64,000 bases of DNA from Eledone cirrhosa (lineage: Eukaryota): assembly GCA_964016885.1 (NCBI GenBank), contig OZ024742.1, positions 267,282,001-267,346,000 on the forward strand, given 5' to 3'. Position numbers and translations under genes: made by a program. Positions 44,259 through 57,928 of this stretch are shown here, one piece after another. Every line of letters starts with the position of its first letter. The first letter of the stretch is position 1. A model generated the notes under the pieces. That model made no database searches and was not told where the DNA came from. It saw only the letters and a program-made list of their open reading frames with translations.

Positions 44259-44610
44259 CAATAATAATAATAATAATAATAATTGTTTCTACTTTAGACA
44301 CAAGGCCAGCAATTATCCAGTGCATTACTGGTACTTTATTTTATCAACCCCGCAAGGATGAAAGGCAAAGTCAAGCTCGACGGGATTTGAACTCAGATCG
44401 TAATGGGACTTAACTATGCTGGAAAGCATGGCGTCCAACCCTCTACCGATACTGCCAAGCAAATAACCAGTGCATTACTGGTACTTTATTTTATCGACCC
44501 CGTAAGGATGAAAGGCAAAGTTAACCTCGGCGGGATTTGAACTCAGATAATAAAGGGACGTAACTCTATGCTTCAAAGCATGGTGTCCGACTCTCTACCG
44601 ATACTGCCAA
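44259..44610 (-). mobile_element. SINE dimer with (ATT)n tail
   Basis: Two heads TGGCAGTATCGG (A box)...GAGTTCAAATC (B box); tail 44259-44283. Confidence 0.88.
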
Positions 44611-47600
44611 TCCACAAGGGTTTACATAAAGTACACATTAAGGACAGTACAGGACAATACAGGACGGTACAAATGGGCATTTCTGCGTGTAAAAAACAAA
44701 AACAGAGTATGTAATAAAAAATAACAATAAAAAATTCCCCAATAGGGGGGAGACTTCGGAGGGACATTTGTGGAGAAAGCCCATTAAAAAGCCACAGGGA
44801 CCCTGACCACCAGGGCAAGTGCACTCTCCCAGCTTTCAACTTTTAATTTACAGACACATACTCAGAGTAGGCCCATTCACTCGGGCCATTCTTGCTTCTT
44901 TCACCCATCTTTCAACAAAATTCTGGGAAGAGAGCACTTCCCGCTCTACCCTTATTTTCCTTTTCAAATGAAATTTGGAAAAGTCAATCAGAGCATCACC
45001 GAAGAGTAAGTGCTCGTCTTCAGCCCTTTCAAACGTGTCCACCATACTATCTCTTTCGCCATGGCCACCAGACAGATAAAAGCTGCCTGCCTTTCCCGGC
45101 TAAAGCAAGAGAGCGGGGCAATCCTCACGATGGACTCAGATGATAGCCGGATCCGTCCTACACGCGACAGCAGGTGTTCGACATAAACGCACAAGTCAGA
45201 AATTCTCGGACACTGGACGAGTGCGTGCAGGACGGTTTCGTCGCCCTACGCGCATCTCGGACATTCCCGGCTGACGGCACCTCCATGCCTGTAGAGTTTA
45301 TCACGAACTGGCAAGGCTCCTCGGTTGCACTGCCAGGCCAGGGATTTCTGGAAGTTGTCCATAGGCCCCGGCCCGAAAGTTCTTCCGAAGAGATTGGCAA
45401 GTTGATTTTCGTCGAAACCTAGAGTTTCCCAAATACGTCGACGCTCTTCCCCTTCACTAATCCTCTATAGGACGCCGAGGTGGAGTTTCCACTGATCACA
45501 TTGCCTGATTGGTCGAGGGCTGTGAGGGCCTGAAGACATTCCAATCTCCAAGCGCTCCCTCTCGGTCTTCGCTTGACCCAGGACTGCATCTCCGTCAAGG
45601 AGACGAGCTGGGAAAAGACGCATCTAGCAAACGGCGACCACACCTGATCACCGTCGAGGAAGAGGTGGAGATGTCGTAGCCTGAGCGCGCGTCTGCGCAT
45701 CATCAGCCACGGCACGCCCAGCCCTCCACGGATCATCGGAGCGCGTCCCTTCCACAAAAAGCGAAAGAGCAAACGCTCCAGCGCAGTAAGGCGGGGCTTA
45801 GGACAGGGTACGACGGTCAGGCGGTAGTAGATGACGGACGCGATGTACGCGTTAGCCACCTCCGCTCGACCTTTCAGGATAGCTTCCTCTCCGCTCATTT
45901 CAGGGTGAGAGAAGCCACCCTGCTCGTCACCTCGTCCCAGTTTTTGTCCGTCTGGAGGTCTGGACCGAACCAGACCCCTAGCAATTTAACCGGTCCGTCC
46001 GTCCAGCGCCCGACGACGCTGTTGGACGGCATGGACCTGCTTCTCAGGTGCCGAGCAGTAGGCCCACTGACCTTTACTGGTTAACCCTTCACTGCTCACC
46101 GCCTCGTATTCTTTTAGTGTAGTGCCGATCGCTTCGATGTGTTTGGCATTCGACACCACTGCGGTGACGCCGTTGGCATATGCTGACACGGTTCTCCCAC
46201 ATCCTAGTCCGCCCGTGACGCCCCACAACGTCTCCAGTTTGTGCAGTAATAGCTCGGGAGTCAAGACGTACGACAGGGACTAGATGGGACATCCTTGGAG
46301 GACCGAGCCCATGATGTTGAACGGTTCCAAAAGGTGAACGTTCTATCACCACAGAGCAGATGTTGCTGTGTATGGCAGCGATCCACCCTCTGAAGACGAA
46401 CCCAAGTCGGCCGCCCTCAGGACCGCCGCCAGATAAAGATGGTCTAAATTGATCAAGGCAACTCGCGCACCAGTTCGTTAGCTACCCTCTCCTTGATGTA
46501 TCGCATGAGGTGGAGGATATCGTGGATGGATCTGTCTGGAATGGCGCATGTCTGCGCCTGTCTCTCCAGACCACCGATGATAAGCGCCAACCTCTTTGCT
46601 AGCACCTTGGCCAAAATCTTGAACTCTGCGTTTAGCAGAGTTATGGGCCTGAAATTATCTATGATGTCCCTCTTGTTCGGGTCCTTTCTCAGCAACGTTC
46701 TGCTGCCAGTTGCAGTAGATGTCCGCCAAAAGGTTGCCAAATAAGTTTGGCATGTGTACGTAAACCTCGTTAGTAAGACCATCCAAACCATGCGGTTTAC
46801 CCATTGTGCAGTCCGTCATTGCTACTCGTATTTCAGCGGATGTTATCGGACTTTCGCAACACTCCCCGGCAGTGGTCGACAACCACGAGGTAGGCGCTAA
46901 AGTCCACCCTGCGATCCGACCCTCCACTACCCTCGAACAGTTGAGCGAAGTGCTGCTGAAAAGCCGCACATATTTGCATGTTCGAGTAATATGCACTCAT
47001 CTTGGAACTCCAAAGACCGGCTCGTTGCTTTGTTGCCACTCGGGCGCATTTAACGGCTTTCGTCCCGTCGTTTCTGAGAGCACGCATCCTAGCTCTGACA
47101 ACGCAACCTTTGTGTTTTACATTCAAAAATTGGTCGAGGGCTAATTTCGTCGGTCGCTATGCCTTTACTAAGCGCCTCGTCTAATTTTCTAACTAGTTCT
47201 CCCTGTGCTCTATTTATCTCTATTGCTTACGCCTTAATAAATCTAAAACTATAGGGACTCAATTCTAATCGCCCATTTTAAGTGGCACCACGCTTTTAGC
47301 TTCCAGTAGCCGGGTCCCTGTCTATTATGCCTATCTAAGTCGACCACACAGATCACGAATTTGTGGTCTGTGTAGTCGACTATCTTGAACTATGGACAGC
47401 CTATGCTAGATCTGTATATTTTCTTACAAAATACCCTATCTAGTTACGATCTGCATGATCCGATGAGGTTTGTCCATATCCACATTAGCACATTCGGAAA
47501 ATCCAAACGGTACCTGTCGGACAATTGAAAAGGTCTGAGCAGGTTTGTGAGGCTTTTACACTCTCTTCCTCTATCTGCTCATCCAACAGTCCCAGCGTGA

Positions 47601-49866
47601 ATCCAAGATCCCGTTACAGTCGCCCACTAACACAAAAGAGCGAGACGTTCCAAGAAAACTCTCCAGGTGCCGGGAGAAGTCAGGCTATCTTGTCTCTGTC
47701 GGGACATAGACGGCCGCTAGTCTGAAGTTGTCCATCTCCGCTGGTCACGTCCAGCAACACCAACTTACATTCTGTTTCTAGGGAGATGGTCCGTATCTCG
47801 AGATTCAGACTTCTTCGTTACAACACAGCCACTGCTATCGCAGATCCGGGACGGCTTGGAGATGTGTACACCACTTAGCTGCCGAAAATGGTTGCGAATG
47901 CCCGGGCGTCGGAGATTCTGATCTCGCTGAGATCGTTGAGCAGGTGACCCTGCATCCAAGACAACCCCAGTGCACGTGCATTTATGCTGCCTATCCCGAG
48001 AGAAGCCATGTTGGTTAAGATAGGAGGAAAACAAATGAGAGGTGAAAAGTAAAAAAAACCTTAGCTTTGGCTTTTTTTAGTAAGGAGGTGGGTGATCGAT
48101 CCCTCCGACCAGTGGTGGATTTCTCCACGTGAATGTCAGAATAAATTCTTTTGGTGACGTTCCTTCAATAGTGTCCAATTGCTGCGGGGAAACTTTTCTT
48201 TAATGTTGTGTAATTCTTCTGAGAGATTTCAATTATTTTTATGTGTGTCAAACGTGCAATTTTGGTGGTCTGTATGTAATTTATTTCTGTGACGTTGGTG
48301 TTGTGTTGAATGCAATTTAAAAGCTTCTTGTCTGTATTTATAGCTGTGTATTGTGTCTGCTTCTGAGATGTTGGTGCTTTTTGTGATTGCTGTGGTGTTG
48401 CTGGAGGTGACGATGGAGTAGATGATAATGATGGCGATGGTGATGGTGATGGTGATTGTTGTGGTGGTGGTGGCGTTGGTGGTGCTGTGAAGGTGAAGAT
48501 GGTTGTGGCTGTAAGGTTGTGTATGGTGATGGCGGTGGGATCATTGACTTTTCATTTTCTTGTTTCTTACCTCCTCTTTTTTTCTGCTCAGGTCGAAGGT
48601 AGCTCTTTTTTTTATTTCGCTGCAATGGTTTTCCACCCTCCAACGTTATCACACTCATGTCTGATTTAGCGATATCAGGAAGGGCCACGTTCACCATTAG
48701 ACTTGTTGGTGCTGTTGGTGGTGGAGATTCTGTTTTGGGCGTTAATTTCACTGGTACTGATAGCTTTTCCGCCACTGCGGCTTCGGGTAGTTTGGCCACT
48801 CCAGTCGAGGGGCATGGCGTAGGGAGAAGGGGATTGCGCATGCCCGCCTTGGTGAGTTTTAGGCAGAAGTCTTTAAGGTGTATTTTGTCTGCGCATCCGT
48901 GATATCTTGGGCGTCTACTTCCGACAGTCACGGGTAGATGGTTGCCGTCGTCAAAGTTGATCACATCGGGGATGGCCTCTATGCACTCATGGTTTGATTG
49001 GATGATTAGCTCCATCCCCGAGCCGGACCAGTTTTCCTGTCTTATAATCATGACGCATAGGATATTGTTGACCCAGGTGGCAAGCGTAATCCTTTGGTCC
49101 TGTGACCCGGAAGCCCGTACCACCCAGCGTGATTTGAGTCCAAGTGTACGGTACGAGACCGTACGCAGACGTCGGTTTTTCTTGGCGTCGGGTGGATGAG
49201 GCTGGCTCTGTGTCCAGCTTTCTTGACCAACACCTTGGCCTCCCTCATCTCCATGTCACTGACGTGTGCTAGTTCAACACTTTTGCAGCCTTCGAGAATG
49301 ATGTAGCTTGGGCGGCTCCTGTCTGCCGTATGGTTTCGTCGTTTCTGATGCTTTTGTTGTTCTTGTTGTTGTTGTGGTTGTCACTGTTGTTGATATTGTT
49401 ATCTTTGTTGTCGTTCTTGCTGTTGTTGTTTGAGTTTGGGGTTTAATTGTAGTTGTTGCTGATGTCGTTCTTTTTCATGAGTGTTTTTATTGTTGCAGTT
49501 GTTGGTGTTGTCATTTTTGTTTATATTAATGCTCTTACTGTTGTTGATGTTGGTGCTGGTGTTCACGATATTGCCTGATGTGGTGTTACATTTCAAAATT
49601 AATGTGGGAGTGGCAGCGTAAATCGTCTCAATGTTTGAGTTTGCTGTCGCATGACAGCAAAATCAAAGTTGGGAGTCGTGGCTCCGCCACTCTGTTTTCT
49701 CGGTTAAAGTCTTTTTTAAACTTACAAACGTTGAATATTTGGGCCAAAAGGCTCAAATATTATGGGGAGTCCTCTCGGACAAAGACTGAATCCTATGCCC
49801 CTTTTGAAACAAAATTATTAATAACAAACTGATTTAAACACGTAGAAATTAGACAACTTACTCGTG
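44611..49866 (-). mobile_element. Tx1-like element E, near full length, decayed
   Basis: 3' region highly similar to D; many indels, YADD changed to YANG; divergent ORF1 at 48050-49650. Confidence 0.9.
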
Positions 49867-49869
49867 CTC

Positions 49870-50308
49870 ACGATAGTACGTCTATTCTCTTCAATGACCA
49901 ATAATGATACAACCAAAGACAGTTATGGAAAAGGGCAGCATATTCATCTTGTGGGATATTCCTTATAGATATTTTTGAACCAGCTGACAAGAAAATATAT
50001 ATAAATACAATAGAAAAATTGTCATAATACAAGAACCTGTAAATAGATATCAACCGCATGTGGAGGATGAGCAAAAGCACTATACCTGTGGTGATAGGAG
50101 AATTAGGATTAATACCCAAATTCACAGAGCTGCACTTTATCGTCGTTCCCTGCTAGATCAGCAAATATGAGCTGCAAAAGGCTACTAGGACAAGCACACA
50201 CACTCATACGAGTTCTCTCATTACAATGAAAACAAATATTGTCCTATGTTCAAGGCATGAAGCCGGCAATATTGAAACAGAACTGAGCTAAACGAAATAA
50301 GACAACAT

Positions 50309-50310
<2 letters not shown>
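49870..50310 (+). mobile_element. R4/Dong 3' end (restriction-like endonuclease remnant)
   Basis: ILWD, EKLS*YKNL*IDINRMWRM, IPVVIGELGLIPK, ELQK; followed by (TAC)n. Confidence 0.75.
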
Positions 50311-50370
<60 letters not shown>

Positions 50371-50371
50371 A

Positions 50372-53300
50372 AAATAATAATGATTTCATTTATTGGCCAC
50401 AAGGGGCGACATATAGGGGACAATACAAAAGACTGGGACAGTGGGGTTTTACAGAAAAATCGAGTAAACAATATGAATAAACAAAGTAACAATAGCAAAG
50501 TAACAGTAAAGTAACAATAAAATTACAAGAAAAAAATTCCCCAATAGGGGGGATGACCACCTAGGGTTCGCTCAGGTACCCCACCAATCCTGAACGACCC
50601 GACGCTTCGAGAGCACCCTGGAAGGGCACGTCTCTCCTCCTCAAATTTACCCACCTACAGGCGCATGACCAGAGTAGGCCCACTCACACGGGCCATTCTC
50701 GCCCCATTCATCCACCTTTCAGAAAATGAACTAGGGGCAGCACTTCTCTCTCCACCCTCACCTTCCTTTCCAAGTGAAACTTGAAAAAGTTGATGAGGAA
50801 TTAGCCGAAGAGAAAAGTGTCTGTCTTCAGTCCTTTCAACCTGGTCCACCATACAACCTCTTTCGCTACCGCCACAAGACAGAGGAACATTTCCTGCCCT
50901 TCCTGGCTAAAAGAAGGCGGCGGGTCGATCTTCACTATGGGCTCGTCCGATAGCCGGATCCGGTCTACACGCGACAACAGCTGTTCGATATAACTCCACA
51001 AGTCAGTAATGCACGGATACAGGAGGAGTGCGTGCAGAACGGTTTCATCGCTCTGCGCGCATCTTGGGCAGGTCCGTCTCACAGCACTTCCGTTCCTGTA
51101 GAGCTTATCTCGAATCGGCAGTGCCCCCCGGTAGCACTGCCAAGCGAGAGATTTTTTGGAAATTATCCATCGTCCCCGGCTCGAACGTCCTCCGGAACAG
51201 ACTGGTTAGTTCGACTTTGTCGACTCCCAGAGCCTCTCCGAGTGCGTCGTCGCACTTGCCCACCACTAATCCTCTATAGAACTCGAGAGTGGAAGTTCCA
51301 CTGACCGCATTGTCCGCCTGGTAGAGGGCAGTGAGTGCCTGGCAATATTCCAGATGCCACTCATCCAATCTCGGTCTATTCTTGACCCAGGACTGCAGCT
51401 CAGTCAAAGAGACGAGCTGAGGAAAGTCCCGTCTGACAAACGGTGACGACACTTGTTCACCGTTTAGGCAGAATATCTGGAGATGACGCAGCATCAGCGC
51501 GTGTCTGCGCATCATTAGCCACGGCATGCCCAGCCCTCCACGTAGAGGCTGCTGGCAGCAGACGGACCGCCTCACTAGCTGAACCTGACCCACCCACAAG
51601 AATTTGAAGAGGAGCCGCTCCAAGATGGCGAGGCGCGAACGGGGGAGATGGGCGACGGTCAGACGGTAGGAGATGACGGACGCGATGTAGGCGTTCGCCA
51701 CCTCCGCCCGACCTTTCAGTGATAGCTTCCTCCCAACCCATTTCTTGGTGAGACTGGCTACACTGCCCATCACCTCGTCCCAATTATTATCTACCTGGAG
51801 GTCTGGCCCGAACCAAACCCCTAGCAGCTTTACCGGTTCGTCCGTCCAGCGCCTAATGACGCTGTTGGACGGCATGGATTGTCCTCTCCAGGGGCCGAGC
51901 TGCAAGCCCACCGACTTTTCCGGGTTAAGTTTTGCTCCCGTCAACCTTTCATATTCCTCCAATAAGTTGCCGACCGCCTCGATTTCTGAGGTGTCCGACA
52001 CCATCACGGTGATGTCGTCCGCATAAGCTGACACAGCATTTTCGCATCCCGATTCGAGCAGGATGCCCTGCAACAGCTCCAGATTCCGCAGTAAAGGCTA
52101 GAGAATCGATACGTACAGAAGGGAGGAGAGAGGGCACCCTTGACGGACCAATCGGGAGACCTGAAACGGTTCCGAGAGGTGGCCATTAATTTTGACCACC
52201 TAGCAAGTACCGCTGTGCATTGCAGCGATCCATCTTCTGAAGTCGGGGCCGAAGCCAGCCGCCTTGAGGACATCCTCCAGGTGCCGCTGATCAACCCTAT
52301 CGAATGCTTACGATTGATCTAAATTGATCAAAGCTCCACCGAAGCCATGTTTACACCCTACCCTCTCTATGATGTATCGCATTAGGTGGATGTATGGACC
52401 TGGTTGGGATTGCGCAAGTTTGCGCCTCCCCAACCAAATCCCCGACGACAAGCGCCGACCTCTTCGCTAACACCCTGACCAAAATCTTAAACTCTGTGTC
52501 GGGAGAGTTATGGGCCTGAAATTGTCTAATGTGTCCCCTTTGTTCTCGTCTTTCCTTATCAGCGTCACTACGCCCCGGCTCACAGAACTGGGAATACTCC
52601 CGTTCTGCTGCCAGTTGCAGTAGAGCGTTTCGAGGAGATTGGAGAACAAATCTGGCATATTTACGGAAAGCTCGTAGAGCAGACCATGCAAACCGGGTTA
52701 CTTGCGCTTCATGCAGCCGACAACGGCATCCTGAATCTCGGCTGAAGTAATCGGCCTTTCGCAGCACCCAGCGTCGGCCGTCGAGAGTTGTGGCAAGACA
52801 TGGAGGTAGGGACTGCAATTCGCCACCGTCTCTGACCCGCTACTTCCCCCGAACAACCGAGCAAAATGTTGGCGAAAGGCATGACACATCCGCTTGGAAT
52901 CGTTCAGCTCGTGTCTGTTTCGGCCCGTCAAAGACCGAATCGTCGTTTTATTACCACGCTGCGCCTCTGCCACGCAGGCCCATCGACCAGCTTTGGTTCC
53001 GTCGTTTCTCAGAGCACGCGTCTTAGCTCTGACAATGCAACCTTCGTGTTTCGCATTGAAGAAATGGTCTCACCGCTAGCACGTCAGTTGCAATTCCACT
53101 ACCAATAGCCTCGTCTAACTTATCTACCAACTCTCCTCCTTTCTATTTTTCTCTAACGCTACTTCTTTGCTAAAATCTATGGACATTACTCTAATCTCTC
53201 TTTTGAGAGCCTCCCACCATCTATTGTTGACGACTCCACCTGTCAACATTTTAAAAACTAAATTGTTGACCTGGTCCCTGTAATCCTTACGCGCCGGTAA

Positions 53301-54970
53301 TGACATGTTTAGCTTCCAGTAACCAGGTCATAACCTACGCGTCTTATCCAGGTCGACTATAGAGATCACAAACTTGTGATGTGAATAGATGACCGTTTTA
53401 AAACGTGGACAGCTTACACTATTTCTGTCTATTTTCCTGATGAATATCCTGTCTATATACGCTCTAGATGACCCTATGTGGTTAGTGCAGGTCCACACTG
53501 GCGCATTAGGGAAAACTAGTCGGTACCTGTCAGACAGTTGGAACTGGCTGATCAGGTTCTTTTGCACCCCCCGCTCCTATCGGATAATCCCACACTCCAG
53601 GACGATCCCAGGACTCGAACATTTCAACTTCCTACTCTTAATACGGCCATGTTGGCAGACTAAAAGAGAGAGGAAAGGTTTACTTACCTTCCGGGCTCTT
53701 GTGAAGGTCGGGTGGTTCGACCTCCATAGTTGGTAGGGTTTCTTTTGGGAACCTCTTTAAAAGCCTTGAAGTGGGTTTTACGTTCGGGGTTCCCACGTCC
53801 CGAGGAAAGCTGTCTCGTATCTCTTTGTATAATTCGGGCGACATTTGCACCAGAAACAAATCTTCCGGCAGGCGAAATATGCTCGATTTAAAAAATGTTA
53901 CCCTCTTTTTGTTTTTCTTCGCTCCGTGCTACGAGGGCCATCAGTTCCTTGTTGGCCCTCCTGACGAGCACGAAGTTTTGTATGTTTTGTTGGTGTGATT
54001 TTATTTGTTTGCGTGGCTATGGTGGTGATGGTTTTGATGGTATTGTTTCGGTTGTGTATGTATTTGTTCGTACGTCTGTTTAGGTTGTTTGCATTTGGGG
54101 GATTCTGGTGATGGTGATGGTGATGGTGGTGTTGATGTTGGTGTTGTTGGGGAGCTGCTTTTGTGGGTGGTGTCTGCATTTTTTAGAGGTGTCTGTGTTT
54201 GTAAATGTGTCTGTGTCTGTTTTATGTTTTTACTGATGTGTGTATTTTTTTGGGGGGGGGGGGGGTGATTTGACAACTTTCCTCGTTTCCCCCTAGGTTG
54301 TCAGTGTTGGTGGTGGTATTTCTATTGGTGTTCTTGCTGGTGATTTTGCTAGTGCTTGTGTTGGTTGTGGTCCTCTCCCCGGCGCCGGCAGAAGTGGAGC
54401 CCTTCGACCCCTTGCATCTTTCAGCAATTGAGGGCAGAAGGCTGGCAAAAGGGCTTTTTCCCCACAAACGAAACTATGCGGCCTTTTGCCCTCAGTCATA
54501 ATGTGGATGACCGTCCCATTCTGAAGACGGATGTGGTTCGGGATTGTTCTGACATTCTCCGGCCTGATCTGGAGAAGTATCTCCAGGTCAACTCCGGACC
54601 AGTCCTCTCTGGCAGTTCTTGTTACTTCTATCGGGACGGTATACATCCCCTCCACAATCACACATCCCAGAAGCCACCACATATCAAGTCCTGGTGGGAT
54701 TCTGGAAATGCGAAGACGAGCCATTCTTTTTCCCATGTGGGAGGGGTACATTATGACCTTGCGAGGGCTTCTGACTTAAACAGCACCGAAATGGTGCCGT
54801 ACTGTTTGCCCCTCGGTATGTATTCGGTGTCATCCCTGATGCACCTCAGCGCGACTTCGACATCTTCTTGTGGAATTAAACCTCTTGGTTTCTACTGAGA
54901 TGCATCTGTAATGCACCGTTCTGCGCACCAATGCTTCAATAGCTTCTACCGCGACAATTAAGTTGGCCCA
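50372..54970 (-). mobile_element. Tx1-like element F, 5'-truncated, decayed
   Basis: ORF1 remnant 54970-53680, ORF2 with endonuclease deletion, YADD retained, 3' AATAAATGAAATCATTATT. Confidence 0.88.
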
Positions 54971-55552
54971 TGTTTGCTCTTGCTTCAGGTGTCAAGTCGA
55001 TACTCGGCAAGATATGTGAAAAAGGTAGAATTCAAAGAAGTTTCACATAATAATAATTATAATAGTATATTTATTGTACATATGCATATTTTTTTAGAGG
55101 TCAATCTAATGATATATACCAATGATTTCAATAGAATTATATATTTTAAAGATCAGCTTTACACCACATTTTGTTTGCTTGATTTTGGGTTGTCTCTTCG
55201 AAGCTGTGCATTCTTTGATCAGAGGATTATATTTTATTTCTTTAATATTTGTAACATTGATTTCTATCTCCAAACAATTAGGTTGCTACTTATTGTATCT
55301 CTCCATCATACTGTTGTTAGTCTGGTATGTTTGTATTTTGATAAGAAATATTAACAATTTTTCCTATTATCACTTGCTATAATCTTGTGCATCTATTAGA
55401 GATGCAAAATTTAGAGAGCCATCTACAAGTGCGTGCAAATGCACACACGTACACATCCACACACATGCACACACACACATACACACACACACACAAAGAC
55501 ACACACACACACACTCAGGCACATATATATATACATATATAAATATACATAC

Positions 55553-55675
55553 TTGTTGGCTGCATCTCAATAAGAGAATTCTCATCACATGCTCTTTATC
55601 ATGGGTGACTTTCCAGATCTGCCAAGGTCTTACATGCCCTTTTCGGTTACGATCAGCACTGCTCATTTAACACGC
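55553..55675 (-). other. Candidate 123 bp exon of a host transcript
   Basis: TTATCTTACAG acceptor and CAA|GTATGT donor; contains ATG MSSADRNRKGH..; no homology recognised. Confidence 0.3.
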
Positions 55676-56339
55676 CTGTAAGATAATGTACAAATCAAGA
55701 CATTTCAGTGTCGAAAGCTTCTTTCATGTGAAGAAAGGCTTTGCAGTGAATTAATACCACTCTCTGAACAACGTTGGCATTGACTGTCATTGTGTCGTTG
55801 GTTTATAATTTTCCTCATAAAATGATATCATGACAAGGCCCTTGTAGGCTAACCAAGCACCCTGGCACATATTGAAGTGTTCCCATGTCCCCGCGCATAT
55901 TCATACATATATGCATACATACATATGTATACAGGTTTCTGACTTGATCTTAATATACGTATATTACTGAACACACACGCTGAAACAGCTTCGCGCCGCG
56001 GTCGGAATTTTACAGAGACGGAGACAGACAGAGAGAAGAGAAAGAGATTTATTTCCGTACCTGTGTATCTACATTTAAGATTACTGTTTGTTATATCTAC
56101 GTTATCTAGCGATTCGACAAATATAAATCATTAAAATAATTACGAGACTTACCAGAAAAAAAGTTATATGTATTTTATCGATATGCTTGAATATGTTCTG
56201 GAAAATGTGCTTCTGCTTGGTTGCAATCTAATGAATGAATCCAAAGAAAAAAATAAGTGAAACAGTAACAGAATAGAAACGGAGGATAACGAAATACCCG
56301 ACTTTTACCAAAAAGATCTGCTTCATACCACTAGAGTTT

Positions 56340-56440
56340 TCCGCAGCAAAACTTGGACTAATTCGTCCCGCCTGTGTGGCGGATTGGCTGATGCAACGGG
56401 TATCGTGGGCTGGTAATGCTTTCGCCATCTTGAAATTTAC
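56340..56440. promoter_or_regulatory. Candidate Pol II promoter
   Basis: Unique CpG-containing DNA with ATTGG (CCAAT box), CCCGCC and YY1-type CGCCATCTT. Confidence 0.35.
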
Positions 56441-57928
56441 CATCCTACCATATATATAGATTTTGCAACTCCTCTCTCTTTTCGTTATTCCATACTTAAC
56501 AAAATACTCGATTTTTTTCTCTTTCTCCATTTTTGTTCATTTCTTTTAAAAATTTTCATTATAGTATGTTTTCCTTATATATTCATTGAAAAATTAAGTT
56601 TGTGTATATTTACCAGGGACAGCAAAACTATTGTTTGTTCATCGAATACTTTAGACCTCTTTTACCAGATAGAGGATTCTATCGATAATGTCTGCCATAC
56701 GTAAATGCATATAACATAATGATTATGGAAGAGACACGGGAATATATGACGTGTATTCATTTCTAGAGTTTACTAATGGTTGGTTTACGTGATTAAAATT
56801 GTTTCAACCTAGGATTGAAAGCCTATTGTTGTCATAGCTTTCCGTGGGCGAGAGTACGACTTTCTGTAAAACGCTAGTCATACAAACTACACATTGTTAC
56901 AACATCATTATAGAAACTACATCAGTAAACGCCAGCTCAAGATATTCTACATTGTTCGCCTACTGATTCGACAGAATGAAGTATCAGCTACCTAATTCTC
57001 CATTACTATTTACTATTGTCCGGAAGTGTCAAGAGTCTTGTTGCATGAGACAAGACAGTGATTTATTGATCTGTATAAAAATCCGATACGAATGAAGTTT
57101 TCGGAGTAATTGTAATTATAATAGAAATATTGAACAAGATGTCCGACTTTCGATATAAAAGTACTTATTAATGAGGTAAAGGTTAGCATCTAGGATTGGA
57201 ATACGATTGAGGTAACATTGAGGAAGTACATGGAATTAAACACATACGCACACACACACACACACAAATACATATGCATATACACACTTACGTGCACATG
57301 CACACATACCCTCCATATATATATATATATATATATATATATCAATGTATCTAATAGCCTGCGTATGTGTGTGATTGTGATTGTGTTGTATAGGCGCTCC
57401 AACCAATCGATGAGTTTCGGTTGTAACAAAATATTTCTATGCAATAGGATTAAAGAGTTCTCCATATCATACACATATACACTGAATTATTATATGCATA
57501 TACATATACAAAGATACACACTATCTTGTGTGGCTTTAGTAATATAGAATTTTGTAGTTTACTGAAACAATTCACTACATCATTTACTACATAACTGAAG
57601 CTCTATACAATAATAACATCTAGTACATTAAAACAATGAAAACTTATTTACTTCAAAGTATTTCCATATCTGCACGTCATGGAAGTTATCTATATATCTC
57701 TTGAGATCATGTTTATGCGCCTGGGAACTTCCAAAGCTCAGTCGCAATCAAATATTTTCCTGAAGACCAATGGTTTCAAATGTATCCAACCAACATCTCT
57801 TCATCCAACTGGCTAAGGGAAAGACTAGGCCCATACAGTCTGATATGGGTGTCGTTACAGACGTTGCCTTCGCAATGAAAAGATCAGGAACAATTACAGC
57901 AAGTAATCGCATCAGATATTCTACATAA

